This document shows positions 25,801 to 36,300 of a stretch of DNA of 64,000 bases, one piece after another. How positions within the stretch are numbered: position 1 is the stretch's first letter; each line of letters opens with the position of its first letter. Made by a program: the position numbers and the translations under genes. Source of the DNA: Mobula hypostoma. Taxonomy: Eukaryota. The notes beneath the pieces were generated by a model. The model was not told the DNA's origin and did not search any database. It worked only from the letters and a program-made list of their open reading frames with translations. Where the stretch lies: positions 102,178,001 to 102,242,000 of the forward strand of contig NC_086108.1 of assembly GCF_963921235.1 (NCBI RefSeq). Reading direction: 5' to 3'.

Positions 25801-27660
25801 TATTTCTCCCCATCCTATTACTGCTATCTTTGGATTACCTAAAACTTCTACCCCCGCACAGCGTGTAGAATGATTGCATTTCTTACTTTAATGGTGAAAA
25901 GATGTATTCTACAACATAGGAAGGAGATTAATGCCTCAACTATGTTTTTTTGGTTCTCTCAAATGATACTGTGTCTAAATTTGGAAAAAATTAGACGTAA
26001 TCTTTATGATACTTCAGTTAAAGTTGAACAGACCTGGAGATCATTTATTCAATATTTTCATTTAATGTAACTTTTTTTTCTCTCTGAACATACATACATT
26101 CCCTTCGCGGATTTTATCTGTTATTAGCGGAGGTCGGGTTTGAGAACATGATTGTTTAATTTGTTCAGGCCTACTATTTACCTAGTTAGCCCATTGCTTT
26201 GCTTTGTAGGTTAGTAGCACGGTAGTCTTTTTTTCTGTTTTTTTTCTCGTTCTATTGGTATGTAGGGAAAATTAGTATGCAATTATATTAACTTGTTATT
26301 CTATAATTAACTTATGTTGTTTGCATTGTTTTTTTTGTATTAATATTACTTGTATATTTATATCTTAATAATGTATTGGTTGCTATATGTTTTACTCTTT
26401 GTGTACTAATTCAATAAAAAGATTTAAAAAGAAAAGAAAATTTAATGATCTAGGTCACCAGTGAGCTAACCAGCACACTAAGTTTGATCACTTACACCAT
26501 TTCACAAAATATCTGTATGTTGTTTTGTTGAGTGAATGCCAACTGACCTAAAGCCAGGTTATGCTTGCAGGAGGTTGTATGATGTTGAAAGACCCGAAAT
26601 ACCCGATGATTCCAGGAACATCACTGAAGATGTGTCCAGAAGCATCAATAGATGTATGTACACAGCATATCCACTTCTTTAGTATGAGCTGAGAGATGAA
26701 AAACAAGCCAATAATTGAAACAGAAGTATTGGACTCAGCAACATCAATCTGCGGAAGGTGACTTTCATCAAAGATGAAGACGTGACGGCAGCTGGCAAGC
26801 CAGTATAAATGATGGAGAACATCGATGAAAACGCACCAATGGCTATACTTCATTAGGAGTTTGAAGAAATTTGCTATGTCACAAAAGACTCTCTTTCCAG
26901 GTTTTACGATATACTATGGAGAGCATTCTGACTTGTTGCATCACCATCTGATATGTAGTCTCCAATGTACGGGATTGTCAGAGGGTTGTATCCAGCCAGT
27001 ACAAGCCTCCCCACCATCAAGGATATCGTCAAAAGGCAATGCCTCAGGAAAGTAGCATCCATCATGAAGGACCCTCACCATCTGGCTCATGCCCTCTGGC
27101 ATCAATACCACCAGGCTGGAGGTACCTGAAGATGCACACTCAACATTTTAGTAACAGCTTCTTCTCCTCTGCTATCAGATTTCTGAATGGTCCATGAACT
27201 TGTGAACACTACCTCGCTGCTCCTCTTTTGCAATACTTGTCTATTTATTTAAGTATTTTTGTTGTAGCTACTGTTTGCAATGCCTCCACCGTACTGTTGC
27301 CACACAACAACAGATTTCATAACTTATGCCGGTCACAAGGAATCTGATTCTGATTCTGAATTGGTTAAATCGATCTGAATCATGTATATGTTTCAATATA
27401 TTGGCAGGGATAATATATTGATAATCATAAACACGAGAAAGTCTGCAAATGATGGAAATCCAAAACAACACATACAAGATGTTGGTGGACAAGTCAGGCA
27501 GTATCTATGGAGATGAATAAATAGTCGAAGTTTTGGGCTGAGACCCTTCTTCAGGACTGAGAAGGAAGGGGGAATTGAATTGAATTGACTTGAATTAACA
27601 CACATAAAAGTTGCTGGTGAACACAGCAGGCCAGGAAGAGGTACATCTCTAGGAAGAGGT

Positions 27661-27700
27661 ACAGTCGACGTTTCGGGCCAAGACCCTTCATCAGAACTAA
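27661..27700 (-). ncRNA. Minimal type I hammerhead ribozyme motif in a Penelope-like terminal repeat
   Basis: Minus strand TAGTT-CTGATGA-A-GGGTCTTGGCCC-GAAA-C-GTC-GACTG: conserved core boxes, helix II GGG/CCC, palindromic ACGT helix III, helix I AGTT/GACT. Confidence 0.75.
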
Positions 27701-30434
27701 CTGAAAGAAGAGCTAGTAAGAGATTTTGAAGTGGGCTGGGGAGGGGGAATAACCAGCTTAATCAAATATCTCAGATATTTTCTTTTCTCCCCTCTCCTAT
27801 TCTCCAGGGTCGAAGCGCTTGGCAGAGATGATGCTCGATGCTCCGTGTCGGAGGGCTGGTCAGAAGCTCAAAGTTTTCGGACGGACTCAGAGTCGGCTGT
27901 GGTCAGGTGCTTCCAGGGTGCTGCATCGGCAAGTTTGCGGTGCTGGAGGTTCATGGCAGGGAGAGTTTTTCTTCCTTCTACTGTCTGCGTGAGATGATGG
28001 GACTTTCGAGAGACTTTGAGACTTTTTTTTACTGTGCCCATGGTCTGTTCTATATCAAATTACGGTATTGCTTTGCACTGTTGTAACTATATGTTATAGT
28101 TATGTGGTTTCTGTGATATCATACTGGAGGAACATTGTATCATTTCTTAATGCATGCATTACTAAATGACAATAAAAGAGGACTGTGTGTCCTCATAATC
28201 TAGTAATCTAATCTAATCTAATAATAAATGCCTGAAAGCACATACTGCCAAGATCAAGGATACCTTCTGTCCTGCTCTTATCAGAATCCTAAGCAAATCT
28301 CTTGTATAATGAGAGGGACTCTTGACCTCACAATCTACCACATTATGATCTTGAACTTTATTGTTTAACCCCTGCAGTTTCTCTGCAGTTTTTAACGCAT
28401 TATTCTGCAATGTCATTGTTTCACCTTGTTCTACTTCAATGCACTGTGTAATGATTTGATCTGTTTGGGCAGTATGCAAGACATGTTTTTCACTGTATAC
28501 GGGTGCATGTGACAATGATAAATCAATTCTAATATCAATAATATTAGCCTTATTTTTTTCCAGTCACTACAGCGGTGTAGAAACTGATAGGCATACTGAT
28601 AAAGCATAGAAACAGACCCTTTCTATTGATTGATGTTTGACTGATTCTACGCCAAACATTAAACATCCATTTTTGCACTATCCCACTCCGATCCATTTGA
28701 TTCCCTCCACATCCCTATTGACCTTTCACACATTCCAAGAAAATCAATGTTGTGCAGCTAAAAATGGGCTTAGCCCAAAGTGGAGCAATATTGTTCACAT
28801 ATAATAGAACAAGGACTGTTAGGATGGGAAGCAGCTTCTTTTCCCCAGACAGTGAGACTACTGAATGCTCTGCCACCACCCAGGTCTCATCACTTCTGAA
28901 GCACCAGTACTTACTTATTTAGGGATACAGCGCGGAAGAGGACCTTCGAGCAGCACTCCCAAGCAACTCCTGACAAACCTGATTTAACTGTAACCAGATC
29001 ACGGGACGATTTACAATCACCAACTAACCAACCCAGAACGTCTTTGAACTGTGGGAAGAAACCTGAGGACCCAGAGAAAACCCACATATTCCACGGAGAG
29101 GATGTACAGACTCCAATCCGAAAGATGGAATTGATCTCTGATGCCCTGAACTGTGAAAAACCGTCACGTAACCATGGTGTCATACTCTTTATTTTTGTCA
29201 AATCTTCTGGAATATTTTATTATTTGTTAATTCATTTGTGGTAATATTACTTTATGTGTTGTGTGCGAGTTTCGTGTACAGTGTTGTGCATCATGGTCTG
29301 GAGGAACGTTGCTTCATTTGGCGGTATACATTGTTACGTACCCCGTAACTGGGTTGCCAAACCAGCAGAAATGGATCACTCAGTTGGAGTCTGGATTACT
29401 AGAACTAAGAAAGTTTTATTAAAGAAACAAGCAACACAGTAATCGAAAGGATAATAAATGCAACAGTTCAGCAATGATAAACACACATGTGCACAGAATT
29501 AAGATAACAGCATCAATCAAGCTCTAATCGTTGTCTAGGGGTAAATAACCAAATTCAAAGTGACACAAAGTTCAGTCCAATTTAGTAGTTCAGTTCGCAG
29601 TAATCGTTGCCATGGCGATGGACAACGTGGGGGGGGGGGAGAGAGAGAGAGAGAACGGGAATGACTGATCATTCAGAACGGCTTCCACTCACAGACCGGC
29701 GATATTGCTCACAAGCAGCTTTCCGGGCGGGTCCTTTGTGATGTCACCTAAGGTCACCGACTGTGACCCCTCCTCCAGATGCGGTCGATCCTCTGCAGTG
29801 AACCCGGCACCCAAGCAAGGGCGGACACACACCGGGTTCCCGCTGATCGTACCTTTCCACCCTGGTCGTTGTCCGATACTTCCCACTGACTCGTGAGAGG
29901 CGCACTGCTTCCAGGGTCTCGTTACCTCGGGTGTCGTGTGTGTCCTGCCTTAGCGAACCTGTCCCTTTTTATCCCCCTGCTGGGGTATCGCCTGTCCATC
30001 ACTTCAAACAGTTCAGGGTTCAAAGGGGGAGCCGCTCCAAACAGCTCTCTCTCTCCTCCGTCCCTTCATTACACATCTCCAGATCGTCTGTCCATCACTT
30101 CAAACAGTTCAGGGTTCAAAGGGGGAGCCGCTCCAGACAGCTCTCTACACATCTCCAGGTGCTGTTTCATTGTGTCCCTTATCTCTCTCTTGAAGACAGG
30201 TGGCAGACCAACTGCTGATCACACAGGACAGCTAACATCTTATCTATGTGTATTCGTCACACTTCCCCCCTTTAAGGATTTTTACCGGGAGGTAAAAATT
30301 ACAAACATGAATACATTATTTGATACACGCACGAATATACATCTTTATCAGCTATTTGGCTAACACAGCGAGTCTGAAGTCGTCAACACCTTGACAGACA
30401 GTCATCACATTTTCTGTTCCTTTTACACGTGTTA

Positions 30435-31694
30435 TTAATAATCCCTTAGACCAGGCTCCAACTCAGCAAACTTCATAGTGGCCAAAAACACTGATGAATT
30501 GCGACCAATGTAACCTCTCATTTGGTTTTGTCCCGGACCACAATAACAAGGGTCGTCCCATTCCGACTCAGTTTTCTCTCGCAAGGGCTTAGTAGGAGGG
30601 GGGCGGGTATGGACCGCAGAGTTATTGCAAAACTTCCTACAGTACCCCACCATCTCCAAGAGCCTTCTGAGGGCCCTCTTGTCTGTTGGGGTTGGGAGAT
30701 CAGCAATAGCCTGCACTGTAGCTTGCATCGCTGCCAGCTGCCCCTGTGACACCACAATTCCCAGGTAAGTGACCCTCGTGTGGCCGAATTCATTTTTTTC
30801 AAGGTTCACTATCAAGCTGGCTTCAGACAGCCGTATTAAATTGCCAATACACACCTCTGTGTTCATCAGCCCTTTAGTCACTGAATTACTCATTATATAT
30901 GAGTGTTGTTTGCTAGGCTCACCTATTATAACAGACATCACCCAACGTCCCAGTTCTTTGCATTTCCTCGGGACAATCAAACACACGGGTGCGAGTCGTT
31001 TAATTACTTCTTCTAAAGATTCGCTTTGTTCGGGGATTAAGGGAGAGATCTTATCAGTAGACCTGGCCAAAACAATAGCCTTCTCCCATCTGATCGATCC
31101 CATACTAATCTTTTCAAAATGGTTTTTTCCTCTTATCAGGGGGCCCCTAGCTTCTTTGATTTCCACGCTAACACCGACTAGGCTTGTTAGCATATCAAAA
31201 GCCGGTGACCGTCTCAGTTCGCGTCGGTCATGATCAATAACATTCTTCCCCCTGAGCAGCCGGTAAATCTCTTTCATGATTCCACCAACTGTTTCCTCCA
31301 GCACTGCAAAATGTCCACCGGGGGGTACCTCGTGGGCCATGTTAAAAACCTCATCCCCATTACTCTTTTGCACCACCCCCCACTCCTCATCTGCGGGTAC
31401 TGTACTTGATTTCCCTTTTTTCCTTAACACTTCCTCCTCCACACAATAGCCTACTAGTTCCCTTGTTAAAGCTGTGTCAGAGAGAGCTGTCTCTGCCAAA
31501 ACCATCAGCCCCTCGTCTCGCTCCTGCGTCTGCACAAATTCTTTCCTGGCTACTGCTACGTCCATCCCAGCTCCCTCACTACCTCTTGTCTCACTACACC
31601 CCGTCTCATACAAGGTTGGCAGAAACGTTTCAGCTAAATTCACTACCGCAGCTAAATTCACTACCGCAGCCCCATGATGAATCTGTGAGTCCAT
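30435..31694 (-). pseudogene. Patchwork pol remnant (integrase Zn-finger fragment, then RT thumb fragment)
   Basis: MAHEVPPGGHF (HHCC start), then LSEASLIVNLEKNEFGHTRVTYLG...LPTPTDKRALRRLLEMVGYCRKF. No YxDD, DDE or RNase H core seen. Confidence 0.75.
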
Positions 31695-31936
31695 GGGCGG
31701 GGCCTCACTGCTGGCAGCTGACCTGTCAATCTCACGACTGGGAACACGATTCCTCCGGCGATGTCATTACCGAGCAAGACTTCCACGCCTTTCATCAGTA
31801 ATTCGGACCTCACCCCGATCGTGACTAGTCCAGAGACCAGGTTGCTTTGTAAGTGTATCTGGTGCAAAGGGACTGACTCTGTCCCTTCCCCAACACCTCT
31901 GATCTTTACCTCCCCAATCTGGGTCTCTGAGCTAAA

Positions 31937-33322
31937 CTATAATACACTCTTCAGTATTAGTGACTGACACGCTCCCGTGTCTCTCCAGATCCGCACTGGA
32001 ACTGGTTTTAACCCCTCCTTCACTGACACCAGTCCGGCCGAGATAAATCTCTGGCGCCCTTCCTGGACTTTTTCAGACCTGTCCTTCCCTGGCGGTTCGC
32101 TTAACAGCTCGATACAGCCATTCAACATTGCCGTTTTTCCTTTTCCCGTCTCCTTCTTTGGGGCAAAGCACCTGGACGCAAAGTGTCTGGCTTTCCCACA
32201 ATTATAACAGACGACCCCAGGAGACTTCCTACCAGACTGCTCCCGGTCTACCTTATCCTTTTCACTAGTCCCCGGCTTACTTTCTGACTTTTCCGGCAGA
32301 CTCTCCCCGCCGTCGTGACTACCCTTCTGGTAGCCTTTACTCGGGGCAAACTTCATTTTATGCGTCAACGCATACTCATCCGCTAATTTAGCAGTTGCGG
32401 CTAACGTGGCTGCCTCTTTCTCATCGAGGTAGGGTCTCATACCCTCAGGGACACAACCTTTAAACTGCTCAATCAGGATCAGTTGTAGCAGTCTGTCATA
32501 ATCCCCCTCTACCCCCTTCGAGGCGCACCAACGCTCACAATATGTCTGCATCTCACGGGCAAACTCCAAATACGTGCGGTCCCACTGCTTCCTCGCATTC
32601 CGGAATCTCTGCCGGTATGCCTCCGGGACCAACTCATAAATCCTGAGGATGGCCTCTTTCACCACCTCATACCTCTGGGTATCTTCCGCGGACAAAGCGG
32701 AGTAAGCTTCTTGGGCTTTCCCTTTCAGTACACTCTGAAGTAACACAGCCCACTTATCCCTCCTCCAGTCCTGACTTATAGCCACCTTTTCGAAGTGGAG
32801 AAAGTACCGATCCACATCGGTATCATCAAATGGGGGAACCAGCCTAACCTCCTGGGTCGCCCGGAACCCTCCACCTTGGTTCGGCACGAGCCCCTGCTCG
32901 GCCCTTATCTTTAACTTCTCCAGCTCAAATTCTCTTTCCCTCTGTTTCCCTCTCTCTTCTCGCTCCCATTGCCTCTCTTTCTCCTCTCTCTCCAACTGTC
33001 TTTCTCTCTCTTGCCTTTCTACCTGCTTCTCTTCGTGTTCTAACTGTCGTACCCGGAACTCGTGCTCGAGTCTCAGTTTTTCAAGCTGTACCTGTACCGC
33101 GTCTCCAACAGGTTTTTCAATAGACACCACCCCCAGCTCACCTTGGGGAAACACACCTTTAGATACATAGTGCTCTACAATAGCTCTGTGTATCTCCTCT
33201 CTCCTCATTGTCGACTTCACCTTAGCAAGATTCAACCGTTTGGCCACAGCTATCAATTCCGATTTCCTGGCATCCTCTAATGCCTCCAAGGTCGGCGCCT
33301 TTATAAATTCCTCAGCCTCCAT
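31937..33322 (-). CDS. Gag (coiled-coil, SCAN-like capsid, CCHC knuckle) and start of aspartic protease
   Basis: 461-aa ORF: PEAYRQRFR...LILIEQF (SCAN-like), CYNCGKARHFASRC, WRDTGA. Stop TAG where copy 1 has GAG. Confidence 0.88.
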   Translation of the reverse strand: MEAEEFIKAPTLEALEDARKSELIAVAKRLNLAKVKSTMRREEIHRAIVEHYVSKGVFPQGELGVVSIEKPVGDAVQVQLEKLRLEHEFRVRQLEHEEKQVERQERERQLEREEKERQWEREERGKQREREFELEKLKIRAEQGLVPNQGGGFRATQEVRLVPPFDDTDVDRYFLHFEKVAISQDWRRDKWAVLLQSVLKGKAQEAYSALSAEDTQRYEVVKEAILRIYELVPEAYRQRFRNARKQWDRTYLEFAREMQTYCERWCASKGVEGDYDRLLQLILIEQFKGCVPEGMRPYLDEKEAATLAATAKLADEYALTHKMKFAPSKGYQKGSHDGGESLPEKSESKPGTSEKDKVDREQSGRKSPGVVCYNCGKARHFASRCFAPKKETGKGKTAMLNGCIELLSEPPGKDRSEKVQEGRQRFISAGLVSVKEGLKPVPVRIWRDTGACQSLILKSVL

Positions 33323-36300
33323 TTCTGCTGTTTGTCTTTTCTTTCTTTTGGGAATTTTAACACAATCAATTTACTCCGTCCCAAATTTAGCGTTCAAAAT
33401 TGCGGACGAGAACCCCACTTATGTTACGTACCCCGTAACTGGGTTGCCAAACCAGCAGAAATGGATCACTCAGTTGGAGTCTGGATTACTAGAACTAAGA
33501 AAGTTTTATTAAAGAAACAAGCAACACAGTAATCGAAAGGATAATAAATGCAACAGTTCAGCAATGATAAACACACATGTGCACAGAATTAAGATAACAG
33601 CATCAATCAAGCTCTAATCGTTGTCTAGGGGTAAATAACCAAATTCAAAGTGACACAAAGTTCAGTCCAATTTAGTAGTTCAGTTCGCAGTAATCGTTGC
33701 CATGGCGATGGACAACGTGGGGGGGGAAGAGAGAGAGAGAACGGGAATGACTGATCATTCAGACACCACTTCCACTCACAGACCGGCGATATGGCTCACA
33801 AGCAGCTTTTGGGCAGGTCCTTGGTGATGTCACCTGAGGTCACCGACTGTGACCCCTCCTCCAGATGCGGTCGATCCTCTGCAGTGAACCCGGCACCCAA
33901 GCAAGGGCGGACACACACCGGGTTCCCGCTGATCGTACCTTTCCACCCTGTGCGTTGTCCGATACTTCCCACTGACTCGTGAGAGGCGCACCGCTTCCAG
34001 GGTCTCGTTACCTCGGGTGTCGTGTGTGTCCTGCCTTAGCGAACCTGTCCCTTTTTATCCCCCTGCTGGGGTATCGCCTGTCCATCACTTCAAACAGTTC
34101 AGGGTTCAAAGGGGGAGCCGCTCCAGACAGCTCTCTACACATCTCCAGGTGCTGTTTCATTGTGTCCCTGATCTCTCTCTTGACGACAGGTGGCAGACCA
34201 ACTGCTGATCACACAGGACAGCTAACATCTTATCTATGTGTATTGGTCACAACATGTATACCACTGAATGTCAATAAACTTGAACTTGAACTTTGTGCGA
34301 ATACTAGCAACTGACTTTCCAACAGGGTTTTATTGCGTGCTTGCACCAGCAGAATATGCTCCCAATGAGTTGTGCAACATGAAAAATTCCATTCCACAAG
34401 CTTCAAAGATAACTTTTGCTGATGAGGTAGGATGAAGATCATATAAATAGTTTAGAAGAAAATCAATAATTTAGAAAAAGCTGTAGTCCAAAGCAAAGAA
34501 TAACTCATTACATAGAACTGTGGCTGAATCATTTCGCTTTAATGACACCATATCTCAAACCACCACTGAACCAAGATCAACCCAAACCATGAAGGAAGTA
34601 CAAGTAAATTACACAAAATGGTATCAAAATGGCATATCATAGTTCACTGATATATGAGTCATTTACTGCAATCAAAGGAATTATGACTTTTGCACGAAGT
34701 ATCACTCCAAATGAGGAAAAGGACACTAATTCATAGACTATGTGAAAACAGGAAACCATGGGCTGGTTAGCCTCACATCAGTGATAGGAAAGCTACTCGA
34801 ATGGTTTCACTGGGATGAAATTTACTTGCATTTGGAAAATCATGGACTGATTGAGGACAACCAGCATGGGCTTGTGCAGGGCAGGTCACATGGTACAAGC
34901 TTGATAGGGTTTTTATTTTGCGGAGGTGACAAAAGTAATTGATGAGAGTGTCAATTGATGTGGTCTACATGGATTTTAGTAAGGAACTTGCCAAAGTCCT
35001 TTGCAGTTGGCAATCCAGAAGATTATGATGCATGGGATCTATGGTAATTTGGTAGTTGGTAATTGGCTTGTCCATAGAATCAGATTTATTATCACTGTCT
35101 TATATAACATGAAATTTGTTGTTTTTCAGCAGTAGCACAATGTAAAGACATAAAAATTACGAAATTATAATATAAATATATTGTAATATAAAATAAAGAG
35201 GTTAGTGGTGGAGGTGTACTGTTCTGGCAGGAAGTCCACAACCTGGGGTGCTCCTTAGGGAATTGGTGATGGACCCTCTTTTGTTTGTGATATAAATGTC
35301 TTGGTTGAAAATGTAAATGGGTGGCTTAACAATTTTGCAATAACATGAAGACTGGTGGAAGTGTGAATAAGGTAGAGGATACAGCAGAATACAGATCAGA
35401 TACAGATAGAGATGGAGAAATGGCAGATGGAATTTAATCCAAGCGGGTGTGACATGTTGCACTTTGAGAAATCAAATATGTAATTAATGGCAGGACCCTC
35501 TGCAGCATTGATCTTGGGGTCTAGGTTCAGTTCTCATTGAAAGTGGCCCTGCAAGTAGGTAGAGTGGTAAAGAAGGCATATGACATGTTTTGCCTTCACT
35601 GGTTGGGATATTGAGTATAAGAGTAAGGAAGTGATGTTGCAGCTATTTATATTTTCGTTGGGTCTCATTTGGAGGATTGGTTCAATGGTTCCATTTAATA
35701 TTAGAGAATGTATACAAATACAATCTGAAGTTCTCACTCTCCACAAACATCTTCGAAACAGAGGAAAAACCGCAAATAATGAAAGACAGAAAAAAAACAT
35801 GAGAACCCAAAAATCTCCCTGCCCCACTCACTTGCACAAGCAGCATCAATCATACCCCTTCCCACGCGTATTCTGGCATAAGGCATCAACATTCCAACCA
35901 CCCACCTTGCAAGCAACAGCAAAGCCCCCAAAGAGAGATTATGGTCTGCAGTCCATCAAAAACTAATCATTCACTCCAACATTTCAACATCCCTCAGGCT
36001 CTGTCTCTCACTAATAAGGAGAGACAGATGTTACTTCCACAGCAAGAGAGGAGACAAACTGTGACCGTATCGATGTTATAGTCACAATCTGAAGTGCTGC
36101 TTCTTATTTTGAGTTACCCGACTCAAGAATCGGCAGCAAAACCTCCCTCACCATCAAAGGGGAAAGGGGGGAAAGAGGGGCGAGGGGACAGAGAAGGGAG
36201 AGGGGACAGAGGGGGAGAGAGGGGAGGGGAGGAGAGGGAGGAGAGGGGAAGAAAGAGAGAGAGTAATCGATCGCTAAGTGCCAAGGCCTCCAACAGCCTC

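Larger units (their letters stand above)
16686..26438 (+). mobile_element. L1-clade LINE (end of ORF1 + disrupted ORF2), interrupted by CR1
   Basis: ORF1 C-terminal remnant (GFKPVLLYP.RLRI) at about 16715-16790. APE (SWNTNGLN, NVYAPN) from about 17530, RT (GTRQGCPLSP, YADD), Cys-rich CDRC...HMFWSC, tail aataaaaagatttaaaaagaaaagaa. Absent from unit B near 37400. Confidence 0.92.
7505..27595 (+). repeat. Tandem segmental duplication, unit A
   Basis: Collinear with 28225-38445, e.g. 7505~28225, 9530~34410, 15790~36535, 26440~37405. Private insertions: Rex1 (8741-9510), L1 with nested CR1 (16686-26438). The CR1 at 11568-13300 lies in a stretch deleted from unit B. Confidence 0.9.
29332..34251 (-). 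mobile_element. Gmr1-like Gypsy LTR retrotransposon, internally deleted, copy 2 (two complete LTRs)
   Basis: LTRs 29332-30261 and 33422-34251 (TG...CA), 4-bp TSD ACAT (29328-29331 / 34252-34255), tRNA-Pro-like PBS at about 33418-33400, PPT at 30273-30262. Confidence 0.96.

Noticed and set aside
31937..33322. Host SCAN/zinc-finger gene or endogenous retrovirus
   Set aside because: It lies between LTRs with PBS, PPT and TSD. There is no env and no C2H2 array, so it is retrotransposon gag.
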